Assembly: GCF_964355755.1 (NCBI RefSeq)
Contig: NC_092677.1
Span: 23,113,175 to 23,177,174 of the forward strand
Direction: 5' to 3'
Source of the DNA: Antedon mediterranea
Lineage: Eukaryota; Animalia; Echinodermata
DNA length: 64,000 bases
Shown here: piece after piece, positions 1-11,750 of the stretch
How the letters are laid out: every line of letters starts with the position of its first letter
Numbering within the stretch: the stretch's first letter is position 1
The notes under the pieces: model-generated
What the model was told of the DNA's origin: nothing
What the model saw: the letters and a program-made list of their open reading frames with translations, nothing else
Databases searched by the model: none
Translations under genes and position numbers: made by a program

Positions 1-1060
1 CTTTACTATGTTGCACCATATTTTTAAGACAATTTAAAGCATAAAAATAATATTATATTTATGCTACTATAAATTTGTAAACATTTTGCATGGGTCGAAC
101 CTCTTGTTACGAGAGTGTTCTTCCATTTTAAAGGAGAGTAACCAATAAATATTATTATTATCATGTTTGTTTTTTCTTTGAAATAAATGAATGTCATTTC
201 AATCCTACTGTATTCTGTATGTGGTCTTCATCTTCACTTTCATCTGACGAGGCATCCTCATTCTCATCATTAGTTATTTCAATCTTTCGTGCAAACAAAT
301 CCTCCTTTTTTAGATAATGAAAATAAAGTACAGTTCACATTTAGTTAAAGATTAGCATAATCAATAAATAGAAATTTGTACTACAGCATTTAGAGTATCT
401 ATGGTGTACAAGTAATAGGCCTAGCTTCGAATCGTACTGTATGCTGTGTATATCATTCATAGGCTTAAGATCCGGCCTGTTTACAGTACATGACTCGGCT
501 CACAATAAACAACCACAATAAATACAGAAAACACAAGTTTTTAAGTTTAATTAATAATCAAATGATGTCATCATCAGTAAATAAGTTTATCATAATATTA
601 TTGTATCGAACAATTGATCTTGGCCCATATACCCCTCTTAAGCCTATTTTTAAAAGTTTCGCAGAGAAAAAATGAACTAGAAAAAAGAAAAAACGCTACC
701 CTTTCCACACAAGAGCGAATAGCTGCGATTTTTATGTTCATCACATGTCGGCTGAGCTTTTTGATTCGCATTACGAGAGCTCATAAACGCGGCATAGGCC
801 ATAGCTAATTTCCTGAGCTCACTCAGATTGTTTGTGCAATGTTTCGCTTCGCAAAAAAGGAGAAACAATACGAACTACCAATTTCGCTGAATGAAGCGAA
901 AAACTCAAGAATGAATTAGAATTTGTTGCAGGAGAGCGATTTGGAAGACGGTGCCAAATGAATACGCTTAGCATACGAAGATCACACGCGAGTCCCTCGC
1001 TCGGACTGGGCGACTCGATTGAACACAGTCTAGCTAGGCCTAGTAGAGTAGGGCTCTAGC

Positions 1061-1148
1061 TAGGCCTATAGTAGGCTAGGCCTATAGTAGGCTAGGCCTA
1101 TAGTAGCCTAGGCCTATAGTAGCCTAGGCCTATAGTAGCCTAGGCCTA
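1061..1148. repeat. 16-bp minisatellite (TAGGCCTATAGTAGSC) x5.5
   Basis: Units read directly at 1061, 1077, 1093, 1109, 1125 and partially at 1141; each contains the palindrome TAGGCCTA. Confidence 0.9.
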
Positions 1149-1849
1149 GAGATCACTATTTAGGTCAGCCAACTAAATTTGGGTACGGTACGGGTGGTCT
1201 AAATTCAAGTCGTTAGGTGAAACATCCCCTTTCAATATAGCGAAAAGCAAATAATAAGAATTAATATGCTGGAATCCAATATGCTTACTTCGTCGCTTAA
1301 ATTAGAATCATTAGCTGATAAGGCTTCTTTTCGTTTCGGCATTTTCCTTCGTAAAACTGTACAGCAATCTCACAAAATGTGCACAGTTAACACACACATG
1401 TCATGTACCACCACATGTTTGTTTTTAAATGCCGAAGGAGCCCGCCCTCTTTCGGTCAGTTTAATACATCCGCCGAACAAACGAGAATCGATCACGGAGA
1501 AATCAATCAATCAATCAAAAATCAATCAAAAAATCTCCCTGAATTAAAGACAGCAGTATTAAAATTTTTATGTTGGGCAGATATTGCAATTTTAAGGGTA
1601 ATAACAACGTCCGAGGCAACGAGGCATGCGAGGCATCTTTTACGATAAACACAAATTGAAAGGCATATTCTATCATTTCCCAAAAGTGCGAGGCAGGAAG
1701 TCAACGAAATTGATTAAATTCACATTAAAACTGTTGCTGTGTGTCACCGTAAAGAAGGAAAGACATTACAAGCAGCAGTATAACACATTGGCACACAAAA
1801 TTAATAAATGGAACACTTTTTTTATAATGGTATAATCCACACAAGTAGA

Positions 1850-1920
1850 CTCACACAGGAGACACCATTCGAATGTGAACATTGCGGGAAGAAATTTAAA
1901 CAAAGAGGAGGGTTAAAAAT
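1850..1920 (+). pseudogene. Isolated C2H2 finger fragment at the left edge of the ZF array
   Basis: cacacagga..ccattcgaatgtgaacattgcgggaagaaatttaaacaa matches the 84-bp array unit but is truncated and frameshifted. Confidence 0.75.
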
Positions 1921-2123
1921 ACTTATTCCCTCAACCTTAATGTTACATACAAAACACAATGGGTTTGTTAAATGAGTCCAAAAATTTGGTTTGTCTTTCG
2001 CATGTAATTCACAGGGTGCTAATTTTAGTTGACTGCATACATCATCGTGTCTATTGTATTCGTTTCTGTAAACGACAGTGTAATAATAGTGCAATAACAA
2101 TGTAATAAATTGTGCAAAAGGTT

Positions 2124-2545
2124 ATATACATTTTGACTAGTAACTATATATATATATATGGTCAATACAAGACCGTTGGTTTTTTATACAACGTGTTGGC
2201 ATATTAATGTGTTAATGCGTCATCATTGTACGAGTTGATATTTTGAGCATTCATATCGCCCATCATTAAAGTTAAGCTGTGTCGGAACAAAACAAAGTTA
2301 TTAGTAGGTCCTTACTATTTTGTTCAAAATAGTCAAGTAGATCCTGATCAGATTGAACATCACTTTGTGGTGGTCTATAACATACATAAGTCAAAATCGT
2401 CCAGTTTGAAACTTGTGTTTCACACCTTATCACATCTGACAAGAGATCATTACAAAATTGCTTAAAATTGTGCCCCTCCCTAATTTAAAAAAAGCTGCAT
2501 TCACGCAGGTCACGTCCGCACAGCAGCTGATATTTTGCAGACCAG
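2124..2545 (-). mobile_element. Degenerate CR1-like LINE endonuclease (APE) remnant, cassette 1
   Basis: Near-identical to 6140-6545, whose minus strand reads VCYRPP...MMGDMN, typical of LINE APE domains. Confidence 0.7.
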
Positions 2546-2674
2546 AGAGGATTACTACTCTTAGCAACAGGTTAAAAACTGCAGTACTGTGCGAAACAAA
2601 AAAGATATATATTATATCATTGATTTGTCGGGTCTCAGTATTTCAAAGTTTACGACCTTAACGAAATCTAAGAT

Positions 2675-3430
2675 ATGGAATATAAATGTGAACAATGTGG
2701 AGATAAATTTGAGTTCAGTGATTTAAAGATCCATTTAGGAATACATACAGGAACAGAGGAGTTGAAATATGAACACTACAGTATACTATTCGAAGATGAT
2801 TTTAAAACACATTTAGTGAAAGAAAGTAAAGAAAACACAACACCACATGAATGTGAACATTGCGGGAAGAAATTTAAACAAAACGGAGAATTGAAAGAAC
2901 ATTTGAGAATACACACAGGAGAGACACCATTTGAATGTGAACACTGTGGGAAGAAATTTAAACAAAACGGAGAATTGAAAGAACATTTGAGAATACACAC
3001 AGGAGAGACACCATTTGAATGTGAACACTGTAGGAAGAAATTTAAACAAAACGGAGGAGGGTTAAACAAACATTTGAGAATCCACACAGGAGAGACACCA
3101 TTTGAATGTGAACATTGCGGGAAGAAATTTAAGCAAAACGGACAGTTGAAAACACATTTGAGAACACACACAGGAGAGACACCATTTAAATGTGAACATT
3201 GCGGGAAGAAATTTAAACAAAGTGGAGGGTTACAATCTCATTTGAGAATACACACAGGAGAAACACCATTTGAATGTGAACATTGTGGAAAGAAATTTAA
3301 ACACAGTGGAGGGTTGCAATCTCATTTGAGAATACACACAGGAGAAACACCATTTGAATGTGAACATTGTGGAAAGAAATTTAAACACAGTGGAGGGTTA
3401 AAAAAACATTTGAGAATACACACCATTTGA
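2675..3430 (+). CDS. C2H2 zinc-finger protein copy 1 (7 array fingers plus degenerate N-terminal finger)
   Basis: 251-aa ORF of CxxC..F..L..HxxxH fingers with TGETPF linkers; no effector domain visible; in-frame TAA two codons upstream of the ATG. Confidence 0.85.
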   Translation: MEYKCEQCGDKFEFSDLKIHLGIHTGTEELKYEHYSILFEDDFKTHLVKESKENTTPHECEHCGKKFKQNGELKEHLRIHTGETPFECEHCGKKFKQNGELKEHLRIHTGETPFECEHCRKKFKQNGGGLNKHLRIHTGETPFECEHCGKKFKQNGQLKTHLRTHTGETPFKCEHCGKKFKQSGGLQSHLRIHTGETPFECEHCGKKFKHSGGLQSHLRIHTGETPFECEHCGKKFKHSGGLKKHLRIHTI

Positions 3431-3551
3431 ATGTGAACATTGTGGAAAGAAATTTAAACAAAATCATAATTTGAAAATGCATATTTTCAGAAAACACCAT
3501 GATTGAGAGGGAAATTGAGAGTTGTATGTATTGCGATTTTATTCAATATTG

Positions 3552-3718
3552 CTTTGCTCGCTCCCCATCTAGGAAGTGTAGATGATGGAATGATAAATGT
3601 ACGTTTTCTGTCGGTTACCATTATTGAAAATTGGGAATAGGTGTTTTATATAAGTATAAAAATAATAAGTTTTTCCATTGTGTTCGCCTATGTCAGAATT
3701 AGCCATAATTTATATAAG
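3552..3718 (-). mobile_element. Internally deleted Helitron family-B fragment downstream of the ZF ORF (also ~16148-16317)
   Basis: Reverse complement matches the 5' end at 56654-56707 (ataaattatggttaattctgacataggcga) and the segment at 58110-58230. Confidence 0.6.
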
Positions 3719-4384
3719 ATGATGACTTTGTATGGGTAAAATAGTTTTCCAGATAGCCTATATAAACTCTATAGTATAGAAGTCAAAATGCACCTAACGC
3801 TAGAAAGTTTCCACCATGTAAATAATAAACAAACTCAGACTATTGTTGACAAGTTTTGTAAGACGTACTCCCAAAGGGCATGGAAAAACGCTTTCCTTGC
3901 TAATCAGTAGAATTTATTATTACTTTATCTTACACATGCTGATTCTGTATTACAGCAAAATACATGTTTAGGCCTAGAATTTCTTTTTATGTCTTTAATA
4001 ATGTTTTGTTGTTTTTTTGCTTCTTGATATACTTTTGTGTTTTTATACCTTATTCATTCAACTCATGTATGTTGTTAATAGTAGGCCTACTAAGTCATTT
4101 TATTTATTATTTTATCTATTTGTTTTTATTTCAACAATATTTTACGAGGGTGGTCCATCCCGCCAAAGCTGATCACTAGGACACTCACTAAAATACAAAA
4201 TGACGAGACATAAATGTGACAATACAAATTTAATTAAATTAACTGTGTAATTTATAAAGATAAAAAAAATATAAAAAAAACAACAAAATGTTAACTTGTA
4301 GTATTGTAATGTACCGTAGGTTAAAACATTGTACTTTTGTAATTCTTTTCTCTTAGTTTAAGTGAACGCACATTTGTTTATAAA

Positions 4385-4745
4385 GCTTGGTTCCCACTAG
4401 AACGTAACGCAAGCACGTAAACGCAACGACTATGACAGTGACAGTTTTAGTATTATTAAATCGCAAATGTTTTACTGTATTTAGTAGTATATTATTTATA
4501 GGCCTATAAAACATGAAAGCAATATTTCGTTGCTGAGTGGATAAGGAATATATTTTAAAATGGTGCCTCTTTGTACCTTTCCTCAACCTTAATGTTACAT
4601 ACAAAACACAATGGGTTTGTTAAATGAGTCCAAAAATAAAAAATTTGGTTTGTCTTTCGCATGTAATTCACAGGGTGCTAATTTTAGTTGACTGCATACA
4701 TCATCGTGTCTATTGTATTCGTGTCTGTAAACGACAGTGTAATAA
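4385..4745 (+). mobile_element. Harbinger-like MITE left end fused to a Helitron family-A subterminal fragment (repeated at ~9575-9925, 13232-13470, 16982-17340; partial at 1928-2085)
   Basis: agcttggttcccactagaacgtaacgcaag matches 57411 onward; the following ~320 bp is the reverse complement of 44650-44990. Confidence 0.7.
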
Positions 4746-4761
4746 TAGATAATTGTGCAAA

Positions 4762-5252
4762 AGGTTAAAAACTGCAGTACAGTGTGAAACAAGAAAGATA
4801 TAGGCTATATTATATCATTGATTTGTCGGGTGTCAGTTATCGTATTTCAAAGTGTACGACATTAACGAAATCTAAGATATGGAATATAAATGTGAACACT
4901 GTGGAGATAAATTTGAGTTCAGACTTGAAGATCCATTTAGGAATACATACAGGAATAGAATAGTTGAAATATGGACACTACAGTCAAGAGAGAATATTAT
5001 TCGAAGAAAATTTTAAAACACATTAGTGAAGAAAGAGAACACTGTGGGAAGAAATTGTAACTAAGTGGAGGGTTAAAATCTCATTTGACAATACACACAA
5101 GAGAGACACCATTTGAATGTGAACATTGCGGGAAGAAATTTAAAACAAGTGGGAATTTGAAAGAGCATTCGAGAATACACACAGGAGAGACACCTTTGAA
5201 TATTAACATTGCGGGAAGAAATTTAAACAAAATGGAAGGTTAAAATCTCATT
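4762..5252 (+). pseudogene. Degenerate ZF paralog in cassette spacer (copies at ~9945-10345 and ~17375-17860)
   Basis: Same upstream leader and MEYKCEHCGDKFEF start as the intact ORFs, then frameshifts, stops and 1-2 broken fingers. Confidence 0.85.
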
Positions 5253-5254
5253 TT

Positions 5255-5480
5255 ATTGGAGGGTAGAAAATGTAACTGGTCACCGTAGAGTAATGGTATA
5301 GGCCTATCTAATACGAATTGTAACGTAAACCTAAACCACTTCCTATTTGAATGTCCCTTCTACAACGACATTGAGGAGGAAGTAACCATCCAATTCAAGC
5401 TACAATATCAATATCACAACCTTAATATAATCATACTAGCAGGTACCCGTCCACTCCACTGGGCATCATATTATTATGAT
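5255..5480 (+). mobile_element. LINE ORF2 C-terminal zinc-knuckle remnant (copies at 10351-10584, 13489-13722, ~17865-18040)
   Basis: The paralogous ORF reads CNVNLNHFLFECPFYSDI, resembling the HFLFECP CCHC motif at the end of LINE ORF2. Confidence 0.55.
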
Positions 5481-5574
5481 TTTAAGGTTCGATAATCAAA
5501 AAGATAATAGAGTATAATAGTACAATGCAATACACACACAAACCTATATCAAATGGATATTCATATATTTGAAC

Positions 5575-6545
5575 ACGTGTCGTGTCAGCAGATTCTTTTA
5601 GTATGATACTGTGAATTTCACCAGGTCCCACCGCCTTGTTTTTATCCAGCATAGTTAATAATTTCATGATCTCATCAACAGATAATTTTAGAGTTGAGAG
5701 TCTCAATGCAGTTCTATACGTGAAGTCCGAAGGAAAGTCATCATGATTAGGAATAAACGATTGATATTAAAAATTTTGCGCGAATTTTCTTAAAACGTTG
5801 CATATGTAAATTGGAGTTATTTCGAGTGGAATGGGCACGATTTCTTTCTAATAAGCGCATTAATCCAAGGCTTGTTATTAGGACGCACAGTTATAACCTT
5901 ATATATTATAATATAGTTATCAACACATTGATTAAATAAGTCAATTATGACAAATATCTTCAACCTTTGAAGATGAATAACTTCTTCCCAATTTACAGAA
6001 TTAAGAGCATTACGAAATAAATTAAATTCAGTTTTTTCAAAAAGATATATTTTATGATTGTATGGCTTGTCCCGTGTGATATGAATATCAATACTGATCA
6101 CAATTTAAAAGAGGGCACAATGCACCAAAATTATTAATATATACATTTTGACTAGTAACTATATATATATGGTCAATACAAGACCGTTGGTTTTTTATAC
6201 AACGTGTTGGCATATTAATGTGTTAATGCGTCATCATTGTACGAGTGGATATTTTGAGAATTCATATCGCCCATCATTAAAGTTAAGCTGTGTCGGAACA
6301 AAACAAAGTTATTAGTACTGTTTTGAAAATAGTCAAGTAGATCCTGATCAGATTGTACATCACTTTGTGGTGGCCTATAACATACATAAGTCAAAATCGT
6401 CCAGTTTGAAACTTGTGTTTCACACCTTATCACATCTGACAAGAGATCATTACAAAATTGCTTAAAATTGTGCCCCTCCCTAATTTAAAAAAAGCTGCAT
6501 TCACGCAGGTCACGTCCGCACAGCAGATGATATTTTGCAGACCAG
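5575..6545 (-). mobile_element. Degenerate CR1-like LINE (APE plus linker to the start of RT), cassette 2
   Basis: Minus-strand ORFs: YRPP..GDMN; FRNALNSVNWEEV..VRPNNKPWIN; LTMLDKNKAVGPGEIHSIILKE. Confidence 0.8.
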
Positions 6546-7021
6546 AGATGTTTTTTTAATCCTCCTCCGTTTTGTTTAAATTTCTTCCCACAGTGTTCAC
6601 ATTCAAATGGTGTCTCTCCTGTGTGTATTCTCAAATGTTCTTTTAATTCTCCGTTTAATTTAAAAAAAGCTGCATTCACGCAGGTCACGTCCGCACAGCA
6701 GATGATATTTTGCAGACCAGAGATGTTTTTTGCAGACCAGAGATGTTTTTTAATCCTCCTCCGTTTTGTTTAAATTTCTTCCCACAGTGTTCACATTCAC
6801 ATTTAGTGAAAGAAAGTAAAGAGAACACAACACCACATGAATGTGAACATTGCGGGAAGAAATTTAAACAAAACGGAGAATTGAAAGAACATTTGAGAAT
6901 ACTGCTCTTAGCAACAGGTTAAAAACTGCAGTACTGTGCGAAACAAAAAAGATATATATTATATCATTGATTTGTCGGGTCGCAGTATTTCAAAGTGTAC
7001 GACCTTAACGAAATCTAAGAT

Positions 7022-8698
7022 ATGGAATATAAATGTGAACACTGTGGAGATAAATTTGAGTTCAGTGATTTAAAGATCTATTTAGGAATACATACAGGAA
7101 CAGAGGAGTTGAAATATGAACACTACTGTATACTATTCGAAGATGATTTTAAAACACATTTAGTGAAAGAAAATAAAGAGAACACAACACCACATGAATG
7201 TGAACATTGCGGGAAGAAATTTAAACAAAACGGAGAATTGAAAGAACATTTGAGAATACACACAGGAGAGACACCATTTGAATGTGAACATTGCGGGAAG
7301 AAATTTAAACAAAACGGAGAATTGAAAGAACATTTGAGAATACACACAGGAGAGACACCATTTGAATGTGAACACTGTGGGAAGAAATTTAAACAAAACG
7401 GAGAATTGAAAGAACATTTGAGAATACACACAGGAGAGACACCATTTGAATGTGAACAATGTGGGAAGAAATTTAAACAAAACGGAGAATTGAAAGAACA
7501 TTTGAGAATACACACAGGAGAGACACCATTTGAATGTGAACACTATGGGAAGAAATTTAAACAAAACGGAGGAGGATTAAAAAAACATTTGAGAATCCAC
7601 ACAGGCAAGACACCATTTGAATGTGAACATTGCGGGAAGAAATTTAAGCAAAACGGACAGTTGAAAACACATTTGAGAACACACACAGGAGAGACACCAT
7701 TTAAATGTGAACATTGCGGGAAGAAATTTAAACACAGTGGGTTAAAAAAACATTTGAGAATACACACAGGAGAGACACCATTTGAATGTGAACACTGTGG
7801 GAAGAAATTTAAACAAAACGGAGAATTGAAAGAACATTTGAGAATACACACAGGAGAGACACCATTTGAATGTGAACAATGTGGGAAGAAATTTAAACAA
7901 AACGGAGAATTGAAAGAACATTTGAGAATACACACAGGAGAGACACCATTTGAATGTGAACACTATGGGAAGAAATTTAAACAAAACGGAGGAGGATTAA
8001 AAAAACATTTGAGAATCCACACAGGCAAGACACCATTTGAATGTGAACATTGCGGGAAGAAATTCAAGCAAAACGGACAGTTGAAAACACATTTGAGAAC
8101 ACACACAGGAGAGACACCATTTAAATGTGAACATTGCGGGAAGAAATTTAAACACAGTGGGTTAAAAAAACATTTGAGAATACACACAGGAGAAACACCA
8201 TTTGAATGTGAACATTGCGGGAAGAAATTTAAACAAAACGGAGGGTTACAATCTCATTTGAGAATACACACAGGAGAGACACCATTTGAATGTGAACATT
8301 GCGGGAAAAAATTTAAACAAAGTGGAGGGTTACAATCTCATTTGAGAATACACACAGGAGAGACACCATTTGAATGTGAACATTGCGGAAAGAAATTTAA
8401 ACAAAGTGGAGGGTTACAATCTCATTTGAGAATACACACAGGAGAGACACCATTTGAATGTGAACATTGCGGGAAGAAATTTAAACAAAGTGGAGGGTTA
8501 CAATCTCATTTGAGAATACATACAGGAGAGACACCATTTGAATGTGAACATTGCGGAAAGAAATTTAAACACAGTGGAGGGTTAAAATCTCATTTGAGAA
8601 TACACACAGGAGAGACACCATTTGAATGTGAACATTGTGAAAAGAAATTTAAACACAGTGGAGGGTTAAAAAAACATTTGAGAATACACACCATTTGA
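7022..8698 (+). CDS. C2H2 zinc-finger protein copy 2 (18 array fingers)
   Basis: 558-aa ORF; contains an internal 420-bp (5-finger) tandem duplication. Confidence 0.85.
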   Translation: MEYKCEHCGDKFEFSDLKIYLGIHTGTEELKYEHYCILFEDDFKTHLVKENKENTTPHECEHCGKKFKQNGELKEHLRIHTGETPFECEHCGKKFKQNGELKEHLRIHTGETPFECEHCGKKFKQNGELKEHLRIHTGETPFECEQCGKKFKQNGELKEHLRIHTGETPFECEHYGKKFKQNGGGLKKHLRIHTGKTPFECEHCGKKFKQNGQLKTHLRTHTGETPFKCEHCGKKFKHSGLKKHLRIHTGETPFECEHCGKKFKQNGELKEHLRIHTGETPFECEQCGKKFKQNGELKEHLRIHTGETPFECEHYGKKFKQNGGGLKKHLRIHTGKTPFECEHCGKKFKQNGQLKTHLRTHTGETPFKCEHCGKKFKHSGLKKHLRIHTGETPFECEHCGKKFKQNGGLQSHLRIHTGETPFECEHCGKKFKQSGGLQSHLRIHTGETPFECEHCGKKFKQSGGLQSHLRIHTGETPFECEHCGKKFKQSGGLQSHLRIHTGETPFECEHCGKKFKHSGGLKSHLRIHTGETPFECEHCEKKFKHSGGLKKHLRIHTI

Positions 8699-10649
8699 AT
8701 GTGAACATTGTGGAAAGAAATTTAAACAAAATCATCATTTGAAAATTCATATTTTCAGAAAACACCATGATTGAGAGTTGTATGTATTGCAATTTTATTC
8801 AATATTGTTGGTGTATTGGTACTAGGTGTGACTAATGGTATACTTTCATAAAGGTGACACTACAACATTTATTTATAATATTATAATGTCTATCGATAAT
8901 TACCACAATGATGACTTTGTACGGGTAAAATGGTTTTCCAGATAGGCTATATAAACTCTATAGTATAGAAGTCAAAATTCACCTAACGCTAGAAAGTTTC
9001 CACCATGTAAATAATAAACAAACTCAGACTATTGTTGACAAGTTTTGTAAGACGTACTCCAAAAGGGCATGGAAAAACGCTCTCCTTGCTAATCAGTAGA
9101 TTTTATTATTACTTTATCTTACACATGTTGAATCTGTATTGCAGCAAAATACATGTTTAGGCCTAGAATTTCTTTTTATGTCTTTAATAATGTTTTGTTG
9201 TTTTTTTGCTTCTTGATATACTTTTGTATTTTTATACCTTATTCATTCAACTCATGTATGTTGTTAACAGTAGGCCTACTAAGTAATTTTATTTATTATT
9301 TTATCTATTTGTTTTTATTTCAACAATATTTTACGAGGGTGGTCCATCCCGCCAAAGCTGATCACTAGGACACTCACTAAAATACAAAATGACGAGACAT
9401 AAATGTGACAATACAAATTTAATTAAATTAACTGTGTAATTTATAAAGATAAACAAAATAAAACAAAGCACAACAAAATGTTAACTTGTAGTATTGTAAT
9501 GTACCGCAGGTTAAAACATTGTACTTTTGTAATTCTTTTCTCTTAGTTTAAGTGAACGTACATTTGTTTATAAAGCTTGGTTCCCACTAGAACGTAACGC
9601 AAGCACGTAAACGCAAAGACTATGACAGTGACAGTTTTAGTATTATTAAATCGCAAATGTTTTACTGTATTTAGTAGTATATTATTTATAGGCCTATAAA
9701 ACATGAAAGCAATATTTTGTTGCTGAGTGGATAAAGAATATATTTTAAAATGGTGCCTCTTTGTACCTTCCCTCAACCTTAATGTTACATACAAAACACA
9801 ATGGGTTTGTTAAATGAGTCCAAAAATTTGGTTTGTCTTTCGGATGTAATTCACAGGGTGCTAATTTTAGTTGACTGCATACATCATGGTGTCTATTGTA
9901 TTCGTGTCTGTAAACGACAGTGTAATAAAAGTTAATTGTGCAAAAGGTTAAAAACTGCAGTACTGTGCGAAACAAGAAAGATATATATTATATCATTGAT
10001 TTGTCGGGTCTCAGTTATCGTATTTCAAAGTGTACGACATTAACGAAATCTAAGATATGGAATATAAATGTGAACACTATGGAGATAAATTTGAGTTCAG
10101 ACTTGAAGATCCATTTATGAATACATACAGGAACAGAATAGTTGAAATATGAACACTACAGTCAAGAGAGAATATAATTCGAAGAATATTTTAAAACACA
10201 TTTAGTGAAAAAAGAGAATACCGTGGGAAGAAATTTAACTAAGGGGAGGGTTAAAATCTCATTTGAGAATACATACAGGAGAGACACCATTTGAATGTGA
10301 ACATTGCGGGAAGAAATTTAAACAAAATGGAAGGTTAAAATCTCATTTTATTGGAGGGTAGAAAATGTAACTTGTCACCGGAGAGTAATGGTATATCTAA
10401 TACGAATTGTAACGTAAACCTAAACCACTTCTTATTTGAATGTCCCTTCTACAGCGACATTGAGGAGGAAGTAACCTTCCAATTAAAGCTACAATATCAA
10501 TATCACAACCTTAATATAATCATACTAGCAGGTACCCGACCACTTCACTGGGCATCATATTATTATGATTGTAAGGTTCGATAATCAAAAAGATAATAGA
10601 GTATAACAGCACAATGCAGTACACACACAAACCTATATAAAATATATAA

Positions 10650-11612
10650 ACACGTGTCGTGTCAGCAGATTCTTTTAGTATGATACTGTGAATTTCACCA
10701 GGTCCCACCGCCTTGTTTATCCAGCATAGTTAATAATTTCATGATCTCATCAACAGTTGTATCACAGTTTTTATTTATTAATAAATCAAATTTTTTATCC
10801 AAAAAGGTTTGTTTAGCTTTTCTTATTGCCGTAACAACTTTTGCGCGAATTTTCTTAAAACGTTGCATATGTAAATTTTAGTTATTTCGAGTGGAATGGG
10901 CACGATTTCTTTCTAATAAGCGCATTAATCCAAGGCTTGTCATTAGGATGCACAGTTATAATCTTAGATATTATAATATAGTTATCAACACATTGATTAA
11001 ATAAGTCAATTATGACAAACATCTTCAACCTTTGAAGATGAATAACTTCTTCCCAATTTACAGAATTAAGAGCATTACGAAATAAATTAAATTCAGTTTT
11101 GTCAAAAAGATATATTTTATGATTGTATGGCTTGTCCCGTGTGATATGAATATCAATACTGATCACAATTTAAAAGAGGGCACAATGCACCAAAATTATT
11201 AATATATACATTTTGACTAGTAACTATATATATATGGTCAATACAAGACCGTTGGTTTTTTATACAACGTGTTGGCATATTAATGTGTTAATGCGTCATC
11301 ATTGTACGAGTTGATATTTTGAGAATTCATATCGCCCATCATTAAAGTTAAGCTGTGTCGGAACAAAACAAAGTTATTAGTACTGTTTTGAAAATAGTCA
11401 AGTAGATCCTGATCAGATTGTACATCACTTTGTGGTGGCCTATAACATACATAAGTCAAAATCGTCCAGTTTGAAACTTGTGTTTCACACCTTATCACAT
11501 CTGACAAGAGATCATTACAAAATTGCTTAAAATTGTGCCCCTCCCTAATTTAAAAAAAGCTGCATTCACGCAGGTCACGTCCGCACAGCAGATGATATTT
11601 TGCAGACCAGAG
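10650..11612 (-). mobile_element. Degenerate CR1-like LINE remnant, cassette 3
   Basis: ORFs 10882-11166 and 11280-11507 are paralogous to cassette 2, with different internal deletions. Confidence 0.8.
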
Positions 11613-11750
11613 AGGATTACTGCTCTTAGAACCACGTTAGCAACAGGTTAAAAACTGCAGTACTGTGCGAAACAAAAAAGATATATATTATATCATTGAT
11701 TTGTCGGGTCTCAGTATTTCAAAGTGTACGACCTTAACGAAATCTAAGAT

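Noticed and set aside
490-1835. Short ORFs at the window start
   Set aside because: No recognisable motifs or splice-consistent model; probably unclassified repeat or regulatory DNA.
2776-3171. Antisense Cys/Phe-rich ORFs over the ZF genes (also 7123-8187, 11852-12446, 15204-15816, 23293-23775)
   Set aside because: Shadow frames of the ZF minisatellite.
3964-4179. 71-aa hydrophobic ORF (MFRPRISF..) open in all five cassettes
   Set aside because: T-rich low-complexity flank; conservation is explained by recent duplication, and its end resembles an antisense LINE tail. It cannot be fully excluded as a micropeptide.
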